DNA of 64,000 bases from a virus (IMGVR_UViG_3300033066_001910:809-64808), one strand, 5' to 3'. Positions 1 to 8,304 are shown, counted from the first letter of the stretch. Notes: generated by a model not told the origin, from the sequence alone. Translations and numbers: made by a program.

Positions 1-141
1 CAAGGCCCGGCCCGGCTGGGGCGACCGCAAGCGGCAGCATGAGGCACAGCTTTTGCGAGACATTGCGGCACATGATTTTGTCGCGTGCGCGCGCGTCAAC
101 ATCGTTTGCACCCACTTTGAACACTGAAAGGGAGGCAGACC

Positions 142-330
142 ATGGCACATTATCACGTGAAATGGGAAATCGACATCGAAGCCGATACAGCGCAAGAGGC
201 GGCGCAACAGGCACTAGACATCCAACGCGATGCCGAAAGCACCGCGACAGTTTTTCACGTTGACCGTTGGCTGGATAACAACGGGCTTATTGTGAAATCA
301 GAGCTTGTTGACTTAGGGTCAGCAGACTAA
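142..330 (+). CDS. small phage early protein (62 aa)
   Basis: GGAGG SD before the ATG; first gene of the + arm; W-E-I-D-I..A..EAA..A motif resembles small phage proteins. Confidence 0.7.
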   Translation: MAHYHVKWEIDIEADTAQEAAQQALDIQRDAESTATVFHVDRWLDNNGLIVKSELVDLGSAD

Positions 331-384
331 CACCGCTGGCGACATTGGGCCAAAACGGGACAAATCAGGCAGGCAGGAGGCACT

Positions 385-585
385 ATGGCAGGCAGACGAG
401 AATTTCAAGTTCGCATTACTGACGACTACGGCGAAGAAGAGTGTAATGGCTTCGCCACCTATGTGGAAGCATTGACAGTCTATAACGACCGGATAACCAG
501 GGGTGCCGAGATTGCGTGCGAAATCGAACTTATTGAAGTCCTAGCACAGCATACCATTGTTGAAACGAATCGGCAGGGCGGTTAG
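385..585 (+). CDS. hypothetical protein (66 aa)
   Basis: AGGAGG SD; co-oriented in the early cluster. Confidence 0.65.
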   Translation: MAGRREFQVRITDDYGEEECNGFATYVEALTVYNDRITRGAEIACEIELIEVLAQHTIVETNRQGG

Positions 586-613
586 GCACAGGCAGACCAC
601 AGGGGGACAGGTT

Positions 614-898
614 ATGAAACAGGTAGGCAAGGCACCACGGCGGAACGTCCGCAACGAATGCGCCAAAACACGGCCAGTCAGCGATCCGTATGAGATTTGG
701 CAGACGGCAGACGGTAGCTGGACGTGGCGCGTTCTGAAGAAATGGCAAGTTGACGACAACAAACCGTTTGCCCGGTGGTTCTGCCACGTCACGTCGCCAT
801 TCTGCCCTGAAGGCGAGCTGGGCGACACCTACGTGAAGGACGTGAAGGCGTACGCGCGGCGCGTGGCAATCGACCCGGCGCTTGTGCAAGGCGTTTAG
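614..898 (+). CDS. conserved phage early protein (94 aa)
   Basis: Start moved to ATG 614 (GGGGG SD); PYEIW..WTWRVLKKWQ..PFARWFC..SP..GDTY pattern recalled from phage early proteins. Confidence 0.75.
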   Translation: MKQVGKAPRRNVRNECAKTRPVSDPYEIWQTADGSWTWRVLKKWQVDDNKPFARWFCHVTSPFCPEGELGDTYVKDVKAYARRVAIDPALVQGV

Positions 899-907
899 GC
901 CCTGTGT

Positions 908-948
908 TCAGCCTAGCGGCCCGGTTGAGGCCCGGGCCGACTGGCTGA
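908..948 (+). other. intergenic imperfect hairpin (~17 bp stem)
   Basis: TCAGCC..CGGCCCGG / CCGGGCCG..GGCTGA inverted repeat, followed by a (GCAG)5 tract. Confidence 0.55.
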
Positions 949-950
949 GT

Positions 951-973
951 GCAGGCAGGCAGGCAGGCAGGCA
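951..973 (+). repeat. (GCAG)5 tetranucleotide tract
   Basis: Read directly in the sequence, upstream of ORF 1007. Confidence 0.9.
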
Positions 974-1006
974 ACGGCAGAGGCAGACAACCAAGGGGGT
1001 AAGGCA

Positions 1007-1222
1007 ATGGACACACAAGAGCCGATTTTTCGCGCGTACACTAGCACAAAAGACGGACATGCGATTGAATTTTTCTTCAATCGAGAGACGAATCTGCTTG
1101 TTGTGGACATTACGCATAAAAACGCGCGCGGGGGAAATGAAGTCCTACGGCAGACGTTAGACCCGGCGGCGTTGCTGGCGCATTGCGAACCGAAACGACG
1201 GACGAAAAGGGGGCAAGCATGA
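1007..1222 (+). CDS. hypothetical protein (71 aa)
   Basis: AAGGGGGT SD; overlaps the next start (ATGA). Confidence 0.65.
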   Translation: MDTQEPIFRAYTSTKDGHAIEFFFNRETNLLVVDITHKNARGGNEVLRQTLDPAALLAHCEPKRRTKRGQA

Positions 1223-1503
1223 GTAAGCATACGCCGGGACCGTGGGAAGCGAATATCAGCGAAATGGAAGCCTATTCAGCACGAGTGCAAGTCAGAACAG
1301 CGAATGGGGGCTATCTGATATGCTCCGACGCAGGGTATCAAAATGCGCCAGTAATCGCCGCCGCCCCAGCGATGTATACCGATGGAAAGCTACTCTGCGA
1401 GCTTGTGCGTGACTTCATGAATGAGAATCGGCTTTACGATGGGCAAGTGATTCAAGCAATTAAAAACCTTGAAACCGCACTCGCACAAGCGGAAGGACGG
1501 TGA
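1219..1503 (+). CDS. phage protein, MSKHTPGPW family (94 aa)
   Basis: N-terminal HTPGPW plus NA..IAAAP motif, common in phage early proteins. Confidence 0.75.
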   Translation: MSKHTPGPWEANISEMEAYSARVQVRTANGGYLICSDAGYQNAPVIAAAPAMYTDGKLLCELVRDFMNENRLYDGQVIQAIKNLETALAQAEGR

Positions 1504-1508
1504 ACGCC

Positions 1509-1607
1509 ATGGACTGGACAAGCTTGCTTGAATTGCTCGAAATCGCCACGCTGGCGCTGTGCCTGCTGTGCGTGCTGGGCCTGTGGCAAACCGCGAAGGG
1601 AGAGTAG
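1509..1607 (+). CDS. small membrane peptide (32 aa)
   Basis: Manually translated MDWTSLLELLEIATLALCLLCVLGLWQTAKGE; one hydrophobic helix. Confidence 0.5.
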   Translation: MDWTSLLELLEIATLALCLLCVLGLWQTAKGE

Positions 1608-1609
1608 CC

Positions 1610-1732
1610 ATGCGTTGGGAAGTGATCTACCGGGGGCGATGGATCGGCATTGTCGAAAGCAACCTGACGTGGGCGACGGCGTTTTGGCTCAGCCGGCCGG
1701 GCTTTAGCCTGCGGCAAGTCGGGCACGCGTAG
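1610..1732 (+). CDS. hypothetical peptide (40 aa)
   Basis: Manual translation MRWEVIYRG...; GGAG SD. Confidence 0.45.
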   Translation: MRWEVIYRGRWIGIVESNLTWATAFWLSRPGFSLRQVGHA

Positions 1733-1798
1733 CCCGGCAGACACAGCAGGCAAGCAGACAGACAGACAGACAAACAGCACAACAAGGGAGACACGACC

Positions 1799-2239
1799 AT
1801 GGGAACACGGAGCTTGACAGCGTTGCAGGACAATGACGGACAGGAAATTGCGGTACTGTATCGGCAGATGGACGGCTACCCGGATGGGCACGGCAACGAG
1901 CTAGCACGATTCCTCAAGCCGTTTCGCGTGGTGAATGGCTTTGGTCTAGGCGACAAAAAGGGCAAGGCGGCCAATGGTATGTCATGTCTGGCAGCACAGC
2001 TGATCGCGAAATTCAAGCGCGACATTGGCGGATTCTATCTGTACCCGGCAGGGACACGCGGCTGTGGCGAAGAGTATCTATACACGGTCAGTCTGCGGGA
2101 TAGGCAAGTCTGGATGCAATGCCATGGGGGGTATGGCGACGACATGAAGCTGCTGTACGACGGTCCGGCGAAGGGCTGGAAAGCATCGCTGGCGCAAGCG
2201 GCAGAATCGATGCATGAGGTAGCACAGGGCGCACGGTAA
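1799..2239 (+). CDS. conserved phage protein (MGTRS..YRQMDGYP family, 146 aa)
   Basis: MGTRS start, YxxxDGYPxGHG and EEYLYTV motifs; GGGAG SD. Confidence 0.8.
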   Translation: MGTRSLTALQDNDGQEIAVLYRQMDGYPDGHGNELARFLKPFRVVNGFGLGDKKGKAANGMSCLAAQLIAKFKRDIGGFYLYPAGTRGCGEEYLYTVSLRDRQVWMQCHGGYGDDMKLLYDGPAKGWKASLAQAAESMHEVAQGAR

Positions 2240-2248
2240 CCAATCCAT

Positions 2249-2291
2249 CTAGACCAGGGGCGCAACGTGGGGGCTTGCGCCCTTGTGCTAG
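2249..2291 (+). other. intergenic imperfect hairpin (terminator or processing site)
   Basis: CTAG..AGGGGCGCAA / TTGCGCCCTT..CTAG inverted repeat between ORFs. Confidence 0.5.
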
Positions 2292-2329
2292 CGGGATTGA
2301 ACGGCAGGGAGTCAACAAGGGGGTTGCGT

Positions 2330-2965
2330 ATGAAAACGTATACGTTCGACGTAGCAGAGCACGCAGAGTTCGGCACCATGGGGTTTAAACCGTCGTGGTA
2401 CAAGGCAGGTGATCCGCTGGGCGGCATGGCCGTTGCTCACGACATACTAGAACACTTTCCCGGGGATGATGGGCGCGCAGAAGGCGAGTATATGGCACTC
2501 GGAGCGGCGCTGTGGATACGGGGCGAAGGTGGGTACTGGTCTAGCAGCATGTACAGGCCAGAGGAGCAAATTGCGTCAGACTTTGACATGATTTGGGGTA
2601 TACAGCCGCATGTTCGATCGTGCGGCGCGGCGCATGATGCGGATCTAATGGCACGATGCCGGACGGCGGCGCGACTGGGCCGGAAGAACATGCGAGACAA
2701 CGGGCGCGAAATGTCGGAGGTACCGACGGCAGCCGACTGTGAACAGATTGCGCGCTGGCTGGCAAAGGGGTATCAGCGGGCGCGACGGCGCTATGGGCGG
2801 CGCGGCGCGTGTCAAGTCGCGTGGGATTTGTTCAGGCCGATTGAAGAGGCGGCAGAAAAGGCGTTGAAGTATGCCGAACAGGGGATGAGGCTGACTGTGC
2901 GCGTGGATTACGCGCGATGCAAGGTAATGATCGATTGTGATTACCCAAGTGAGGAGGAGTATTGA
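2330..2965 (+). CDS. hypothetical phage protein (211 aa)
   Basis: ATG 2330 with AAGGGGG SD; contains HDxxEH. Confidence 0.7.
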   Translation: MKTYTFDVAEHAEFGTMGFKPSWYKAGDPLGGMAVAHDILEHFPGDDGRAEGEYMALGAALWIRGEGGYWSSSMYRPEEQIASDFDMIWGIQPHVRSCGAAHDADLMARCRTAARLGRKNMRDNGREMSEVPTAADCEQIARWLAKGYQRARRRYGRRGACQVAWDLFRPIEEAAEKALKYAEQGMRLTVRVDYARCKVMIDCDYPSEEEY

Positions 2966-2967
2966 GT

Positions 2968-3114
2968 ATGACACCCGAAGAGGCATTGCTACGCATACAG
3001 GAATTGCTAGACGGCGTGGAATGGACACCAGACACCCTGGAGGCGATTGCAGCCGTGATGCAAGCGGCAGGGTATCGCGTCCGGGATCTAAACGACAGAG
3101 AGGTGCCTGAATGA
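2968..3114 (+). CDS. small phage protein (48 aa)
   Basis: Manual translation MTPEEALLRIQELLDGVEWTPDTLEAIA...; GAGGAG SD. Confidence 0.6.
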   Translation: MTPEEALLRIQELLDGVEWTPDTLEAIAAVMQAAGYRVRDLNDREVPE

Positions 3115-3857
3115 ACGGCTTTGTTCTGTACAAGGGACCGAGTGTGCTGAATGGCGCGCCGATTGTTTGCATTGCGACGGGGCTGCAGGCGGCACGGCGA
3201 CACGCGCGCCGGGGCGTGAACACCAAAACGGGCGCGATGGTGCAAGTGTACATATTGGCCGGCGGCAGCGATCCACGCAAGGCCCATCGGTCCGGGCGTG
3301 ATGCGGCGATCTGTGGAGACTGCATCCACCGGCAGGGGAGCTGTTACGTCCGGCTGGATCAAGGACCGCTGCAGGTGTGGCGCGCGTATCAGCGTGGGCG
3401 CTACCGGCAGGTGTCGGCACAGGTGGCGCGCGCGGCGCTGGCAGGCTTGCCGGTGCGTTTGGGCGCGTATGGCGACCCGGCAGCCGTGCCGACGGCAGTC
3501 TGGGAAACAGCACTCGGACAGGCAGCCATGCATACGGGGTATACGCACCAGTGGGCAACGTGTGACCAGACGCTGGCGCGCTGGTGCATGGCCAGCTGCG
3601 ATACGGCGGCAGAGACGGCGCGCGCGGCAGGCTGGCGCACGTTCACTGTGGTAGCGGCAGGCGCCCAGACTGGGCCAGACAAGGCGATGCTGTGTCCAGC
3701 CAGTGACCAGGCTGGCAAGTTGCTACATTGCGCCGAGTGCAAGGCGTGTGATGGGACGGCCAGCGGGCGCACGGCGCATGTGTGGATTCCGGTGCATGGG
3801 GTCCGGCATAAGCAGGTGGCGTTTGAACGGCTGATTACGATCGGGGGCGCGCGGTGA
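3111..3857 (+). CDS. Cys-rich conserved phage protein, possible Fe-S enzyme (Gp88/DUF7227-like)
   Basis: NTKTG, CGDC..CYV, RLGAYGDP, HTGYTHQW and CPAS..CAECKACDG motifs. Confidence 0.7.
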   Translation: MNGFVLYKGPSVLNGAPIVCIATGLQAARRHARRGVNTKTGAMVQVYILAGGSDPRKAHRSGRDAAICGDCIHRQGSCYVRLDQGPLQVWRAYQRGRYRQVSAQVARAALAGLPVRLGAYGDPAAVPTAVWETALGQAAMHTGYTHQWATCDQTLARWCMASCDTAAETARAAGWRTFTVVAAGAQTGPDKAMLCPASDQAGKLLHCAECKACDGTASGRTAHVWIPVHGVRHKQVAFERLITIGGAR

Positions 3858-4021
3858 CGTGGCTTGAACGCGCGGCGGCCCTGGCGGCCCTGTGGTGGCT
3901 GCTGGCTGGGTGCGCCAGTCGACCGCCGACGGATACCCGAGTGACGGTGCGGTGCGGTGATCAGGTACAACGGCTGACGGTAGAACAATGGCGTGCGCGG
4001 CCAGACTGCGCGATGCTGTGA
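3854..4021 (+). CDS. small lipoprotein (55 aa)
   Basis: Manual translation MTWLERAAALAALWWLLAG|CASR...; LAGC lipobox; GTGA coupling to the previous gene. Confidence 0.6.
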   Translation: MTWLERAAALAALWWLLAGCASRPPTDTRVTVRCGDQVQRLTVEQWRARPDCAML

Positions 4022-4033
4022 GGAGGTAACGCG

Positions 4034-4174
4034 ATGGAACGCTACGAGGTGTTTACACTGCTGAACCAGGTATTGGAGGCGAAGGCGGCACTGGCGATTG
4101 CAGAGCAGAAGTATCAACGCTTGTTTGATCGACTGCAGGAAGAATTAGCAGACAAATACCCACTTGAGAGGTAA
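4034..4174 (+). CDS. small coiled-coil protein (46 aa)
   Basis: AGGAGG SD; manual translation MERYEVF... Confidence 0.55.
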   Translation: MERYEVFTLLNQVLEAKAALAIAEQKYQRLFDRLQEELADKYPLER

Positions 4175-4178
4175 CGTG

Positions 4179-4361
4179 ATGGCGACGGTGACGAAACGAC
4201 AACTAAAGGCTGTGGTGGATAGCCTACAGTGGGCAATGCAGTACGTACAGATGCCGGAGTTTCATCCGAGCAATTCGTACAACAAGTCGCAATGGTCGCA
4301 GGATTATGCGGCGTTGAAGGACACGTGTGAAGAGATGATGGAGGTGTTAACCGATGGCTAG
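4179..4361 (+). CDS. hypothetical protein (60 aa)
   Basis: GAGG SD; ORF track. Confidence 0.55.
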   Translation: MATVTKRQLKAVVDSLQWAMQYVQMPEFHPSNSYNKSQWSQDYAALKDTCEEMMEVLTDG

Positions 4362-4500
4362 GTGTCCAGACTGTGGGCCATTCTTCGAACCGATACAGGG
4401 CACATGTCCGCTGTGCGGGCAGGTGGTGGAGTTCGCCGATGAAGACGAAGTGATGGAGGCGGAACCATTTGACTTGGCAGAAGGAGGTGCCAATGGCTAG
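4354..4500 (+). CDS. small zinc-ribbon protein with acidic tail (48 aa)
   Basis: CPDC..CPLC motif, manual translation; GGAGG SD. Confidence 0.55.
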   Translation: MARCPDCGPFFEPIQGTCPLCGQVVEFADEDEVMEAEPFDLAEGGANG

Positions 4501-4696
4501 TGGACAATACTCAGATGCAGCCTACCGACGCGCGGCACGTGCTGAATACCATCGTGAGGGCGAAGTGGAAATAGACAACAACGCGGTGATCAGCCGTGGG
4601 GACGATCCAGGCGCGTATGTCCAGGCCTGGGTGTGGGTATCACACGAGGAGGTAAAGGCCCACACACCAAAACGAAAGAAGGTGACTGGTGCATAA
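4493..4696 (+). CDS. conserved small phage protein (67 aa)
   Basis: EGEVEID..A..S..D.GAYVQAWVWV motif; AAGGAGG SD. Confidence 0.7.
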   Translation: MASGQYSDAAYRRAARAEYHREGEVEIDNNAVISRGDDPGAYVQAWVWVSHEEVKAHTPKRKKVTGA

Positions 4697-4850
4697 GTAC
4701 ATTGTCCTAGAGGATGATATCGACACGGCGGATGTGGACGACTGCGAAGCGGAGACGGGGCGGGCCATCGCCCTGGCAGAGTGCAACTATTTCACCGGTG
4801 TGGTGCTGGGGTATGGGGTGCTAGCAGAGGAGGTGCATGGTGGGGTGTGA
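4689..4850 (+). CDS. acidic hypothetical peptide (53 aa)
   Basis: Manual translation from GTG; fills the gap between genes. Confidence 0.45.
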   Translation: MHKYIVLEDDIDTADVDDCEAETGRAIALAECNYFTGVVLGYGVLAEEVHGGV

Positions 4851-5382
4851 CATACATTGCTACATGGAGTGTCGATGGGTGCCGCAGACGGTCGATGAGG
4901 CGCACGAAGCCATGAGCTGGCAAAGCTTCGGCGCACGGATCAACCCGGGGCGGCATTACCAGGCGTTCAATCGGCTGGCCGGGGTACGTGGGCCGGATGA
5001 CGGGGCGTTGATTGCGCCGCGCGGCATTGCGCCGGCCCTGGGGTATGAGGCGGCTGGTGATCTGCTGCTGCGCGTGCATGATGGACCGCCAGAAAACGCG
5101 CCGGTCAACTGGGAGGAGAAGAACGTGACGCGGGTGCATGCGGACAGCTGGGTGCGAGGCGGCAGCAGTGTGCGCGTAACAAAGCACAAACAGGAGTATG
5201 TGACGCATCCAGACTACCATACCCACAGCTGGCTGACGCTCGGGGAGTATCTGGGGGTGCTGGTCGACTTGAAGACGCGCGGGTGCGAGGTCGATGTGAG
5301 GTACTGGGCGCTGGCTGGTGCGCTGACGGCGTTCGACCAGCGGGGGTATGAGACGCGGCTGGTGTTTTGGTTCGACAACTGA
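4840..5382 (+). CDS. conserved phage protein, MGCDIH family (180 aa)
   Basis: MGCDIH..E start, R.Y..F..LAGVR, D.HTHSWLTL.E and C-terminal RLVFWFDN; GAGGAGG SD. Confidence 0.85.
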   Translation: MGCDIHCYMECRWVPQTVDEAHEAMSWQSFGARINPGRHYQAFNRLAGVRGPDDGALIAPRGIAPALGYEAAGDLLLRVHDGPPENAPVNWEEKNVTRVHADSWVRGGSSVRVTKHKQEYVTHPDYHTHSWLTLGEYLGVLVDLKTRGCEVDVRYWALAGALTAFDQRGYETRLVFWFDN

Positions 5383-5394
5383 TGAGGTGCAGCG

Positions 5395-5502
5395 ATGTGG
5401 GAATCACGCAAGACACAATGGTTCGGGTGGGTGCTGGTCGCACTGTCGGTGCTGGCGGTGCTGTGGGTCGCGCGGCTGCATCATTGGCTGTGGTGCGAGT
5501 GA
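5395..5502 (+). CDS. small membrane peptide (35 aa)
   Basis: GAGG SD; single hydrophobic helix. Confidence 0.5.
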   Translation: MWESRKTQWFGWVLVALSVLAVLWVARLHHWLWCE

Positions 5503-5554
5503 CGACCGCCGGGTTTTGCATACGTAGTCGGCAGTACGTAGCGCGCACTAGGCA

Positions 5555-5734
5555 ATGGTGCGACTTGTGGAAACCGCTGGCTGTGCTATGGTGCGCCCCG
5601 GCTGGCCGGCGGAGGACGTCCGCGAGCTCAAGGTGCTGTGGCAACTGACGGCGAACGTCGACCTGGTGTGTCAGCGCGTGGTGGAGCTTGCGCCGGGCGG
5701 CGGATGGCAGACGAACGTACTTGTCGATGTATAA
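5555..5734 (+). CDS. small protein, paralog family A copy 1 (59 aa)
   Basis: EDVRELKVLWQLT matches DDWRELWVLWQLT of 6284-6538. Confidence 0.55.
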   Translation: MVRLVETAGCAMVRPGWPAEDVRELKVLWQLTANVDLVCQRVVELAPGGGWQTNVLVDV

Positions 5735-5780
5735 GCAGCAGGCAGGTAGACAACAACAACCAAAGGAGGACAACTGAACA

Positions 5781-6050
5781 ATGCGACGACAATCAGGCAT
5801 TAACATCACAAACATCGCGCGATTAGCGTTCGCCGAGCAACAAGCCATGACGATCGAACGCTTTTTAATCGCGGCAGGAGCTACGGCGGCTGCAGCTCAT
5901 CAACGACAAAGCCTTGTGCTGATCGCACGAGCGCTGGCACGCGCCCGAAAGGCGTTTAAGGACGCCGCCCAGGCGCTGAGGACAAAAAAGCCTCCGCGCG
6001 CGCGACGGCCAGTCAGCCCACAAACTCAAACAAAGAGGATTACACGATGA
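5781..6050 (+). CDS. basic hypothetical protein (89 aa)
   Basis: ORF track; AAGGAGG upstream; start uncertain. Confidence 0.5.
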   Translation: MRRQSGINITNIARLAFAEQQAMTIERFLIAAGATAAAAHQRQSLVLIARALARARKAFKDAAQALRTKKPPRARRPVSPQTQTKRITR

Positions 6051-6283
6051 CGACACTTTGGACTTGGCTACGGGACGGCTGGCGCTGCCAGCAATATGGC
6101 ATCACACGGACGCAGCTGGCGGACCTGCGAGCGCATTACACCCACACCCGCGACACACACAGCACACTGCAACAGCTGACCGCCATGTCGACCAAAGACT
6201 ACCGGCTGTCTCTTCGGTGCGACCGGTGGCTCATCCTGGACTTATACGCCCTGCTGGGGCGCAAGACGATGGAAGGGCAGTAG
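6047..6283 (+). CDS. small protein, paralog family A copy 2 (78 aa)
   Basis: GAGGA SD; W-rich N-terminus and QYGIT..L..TRD align with copy 3. Confidence 0.65.
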   Translation: MTTLWTWLRDGWRCQQYGITRTQLADLRAHYTHTRDTHSTLQQLTAMSTKDYRLSLRCDRWLILDLYALLGRKTMEGQ

Positions 6284-6538
6284 ATGCGCTGGCTTCGGCG
6301 GCTCCGCTGGCGCTGGCACTGCTGGCGCATCGAACGGCAGTTCGGCGTTACGGCGGACGATTGGCGCGAGCTCTGGGTGTTGTGGCAGCTGACACGCGAT
6401 CACCGAGTCGTCAATCGCCAAATCGAAGCTCTTGCGGCACGCCGGTGCCCGGAGAAACCCTGGTGTTATGCGTACCTCATGCTTCAAATGCCTGCAATGG
6501 TGTTCACACGTACAAAGGAGGATCTACACGATGAGTAA
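6284..6538 (+). CDS. small protein, paralog family A copy 3 (84 aa)
   Basis: Directly follows copy 2; QFGVT..WRELWVLWQLTRD. Confidence 0.65.
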   Translation: MRWLRRLRWRWHCWRIERQFGVTADDWRELWVLWQLTRDHRVVNRQIEALAARRCPEKPWCYAYLMLQMPAMVFTRTKEDLHDE

Positions 6539-7580
6539 TGTAATCACAGTCGGGCCGAAGCGGGCGATGGGATTGATCAAGCAGGCGGTGGAGGCGGATG
6601 TGCCGGTGTTGCTGGTGGGACCGCCGGGCGTGGGCAAGAGCGACATTACCCGGCAGGTGGCTGACAGCCTGCAGGCCGACCATGTGGTGAGCCATCCGCC
6701 GGTGGAAGACCCGACGGACCCGAAGGGCCTGCCGTGGCCCGATGCCGCCGGCGGCACGGCACGGTTTCTGCCGTTTGGCCAGCTGGCCCGGGTGTTGCGT
6801 GCCGAGCGGCTCACGCTGTGGAACCTGGAAGACTTGGGCCATGCGAGCCGGGCGGTCCAGGGGGCCTACATGCAGTTTGTCCAGGCGCGGGCCTGCGGTG
6901 AGCATACGCTGCCGTCGACGGTGCGGCTGATTGCCACCACGAACCGACCGAGCGACAAGGGCGCCGGCGTGGACACGGTGCTGGCGCCGTTGATCAGTCG
7001 GTTCTTTCTGGTGCAGATCCAGCCCGAGCTGGGCGACTGGAAGGACTGGGCGATGCGGAGCGGTGTGGTGGAGGAGGTGGTCAGCTACCTGAGCGAACAC
7101 CCCAATAGCCTGTATGTCGACCGCAAGACCAATGAGGTGGAGCGGACGCCGGAGCCGCGCGGGTGGGCGCAGGCCAGTCGGCTGCTGGCTGCCGGGTACA
7201 CGATGGACACGTTGACGCCGCTGCTGGCCGGGTGTGTCGGCGTGGGGTGTGCGACTGAGCTGATGGCGCACATCAAGCACCGGGTGGACATGGTGCCGGC
7301 GCAGGAGATCCTGGACGCGCCGCACAAGGCGGCCATTCCCCGCAATCTGAGCGCGCTGTATGCGACGATCATCGGCCTAAGCTACCGGGCGGATCTGAAG
7401 ACGGCCGACGCCATCATGCTGTATGCGGAGCGGCTGTTCGATGGGGGCAAGGGGGATATGGCGGTGTTGTTGGTGATCGATAGCCTACGGAAGTCGGCGG
7501 CGATTGTCCGCAGTGCCGGGTGGCGCAAGCTGGCGGTGGGCAAGCTGCAGAAGGAGCTGGCGCACCTCGACAAGGAGTAG
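6531..7580 (+). CDS. MoxR/dynein-like AAA+ ATPase (349 aa)
   Basis: AAGGAGG SD; Walker A GPPGVGKS; Walker B region LWNLEDL; ATTNR sensor; SRF arginine finger; TPEPRGW; paired with a VWA gene. Confidence 0.85.
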   Translation: MSNVITVGPKRAMGLIKQAVEADVPVLLVGPPGVGKSDITRQVADSLQADHVVSHPPVEDPTDPKGLPWPDAAGGTARFLPFGQLARVLRAERLTLWNLEDLGHASRAVQGAYMQFVQARACGEHTLPSTVRLIATTNRPSDKGAGVDTVLAPLISRFFLVQIQPELGDWKDWAMRSGVVEEVVSYLSEHPNSLYVDRKTNEVERTPEPRGWAQASRLLAAGYTMDTLTPLLAGCVGVGCATELMAHIKHRVDMVPAQEILDAPHKAAIPRNLSALYATIIGLSYRADLKTADAIMLYAERLFDGGKGDMAVLLVIDSLRKSAAIVRSAGWRKLAVGKLQKELAHLDKE

Positions 7581-7602
7581 GAGGTATGGTGGAGGTGCCG
7601 CG

Positions 7603-7848
7603 ATGAGAGTCGATGAAGCAGGGCGGCGTGTCTGGTGCGAGTCGTACCCGCTGCCGGAGACGCCATACAGCAGACTACGTAAGATGCTGTCACCCAAGGC
7701 CATTGGTTTCTGGAAACAAACGCTGTGGGTGCTGTATGCGAGCCATGGATGCGGCAGGGTAGACCTGGACGTCTGTGACACCTGCTGCGATGCCGCGCTG
7801 GAGGCGGCGCTGGAGCTGGATGGCTGGGAGGTGACCCGTGCAGATTGA
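7603..7848 (+). CDS. small Cys/His protein, paralog family B copy 1 (81 aa)
   Basis: GGAGG SD; SHGC..CDTCCDAAL..ALELDGW. Confidence 0.75.
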   Translation: MRVDEAGRRVWCESYPLPETPYSRLRKMLSPKAIGFWKQTLWVLYASHGCGRVDLDVCDTCCDAALEAALELDGWEVTRAD

Positions 7849-8077
7849 CGAACGGCAACGACGGATGGTGTTTGAGCGTTACCCGATCGACATGTCTACA
7901 TATGTCACGCTGCGCGACGGCTTGTCGGTGGATACGCGTCGATACTGGGTGCGCTTGATTCAGCTGTTACGCAACAGCCACGGGTGCAGCAGCAACGCCG
8001 AATGTGACCAGTGCTGCGATGCCGGCTTGGTCACCGCCCTGGAGTTGGACGGGTGGCAGGTGGAGGTGCCGCCATGA
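7838..8077 (+). CDS. small Cys/His protein, paralog family B copy 2 (79 aa)
   Basis: GGAGG SD; SHGC..CDQCCDAGL..ALELDGW. Confidence 0.75.
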   Translation: MQIDERQRRMVFERYPIDMSTYVTLRDGLSVDTRRYWVRLIQLLRNSHGCSSNAECDQCCDAGLVTALELDGWQVEVPP

Positions 8078-8304
8078 CGCCGGATCGCGGGCCGCTGACG
8101 CTGCAAGTGCCGATTCCGTTGATGGACTTCATGGACCTGCGGCGGAAGCTGTCGCCGGTGGGTGCAGCGGTATACAAGCAGACGGTGCGGATCGTCGGTC
8201 TGACGCATGGGCGCTTAGCCGGCAACGATGAGGCGGATCAGGCATTGCTGACGGCCCTTGAGGCGGACGGCTGGGAGATCGTGGTAACGAGACAAAGGAG
8301 GTGA
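8074..8304 (+). CDS. paralog family B copy 3, Cys residues lost (76 aa)
   Basis: GGAGG SD; LRRKLSP..KQT..THG..DQALLTALEADGW. Confidence 0.7.
   Translation: MTPDRGPLTLQVPIPLMDFMDLRRKLSPVGAAVYKQTVRIVGLTHGRLAGNDEADQALLTALEADGWEIVVTRQRR

Noticed and set aside
1-140. Terminal repeat matching the right end
   Set aside because: No direct or inverted similarity between the two ends was found by eye, so genome completeness cannot be established.
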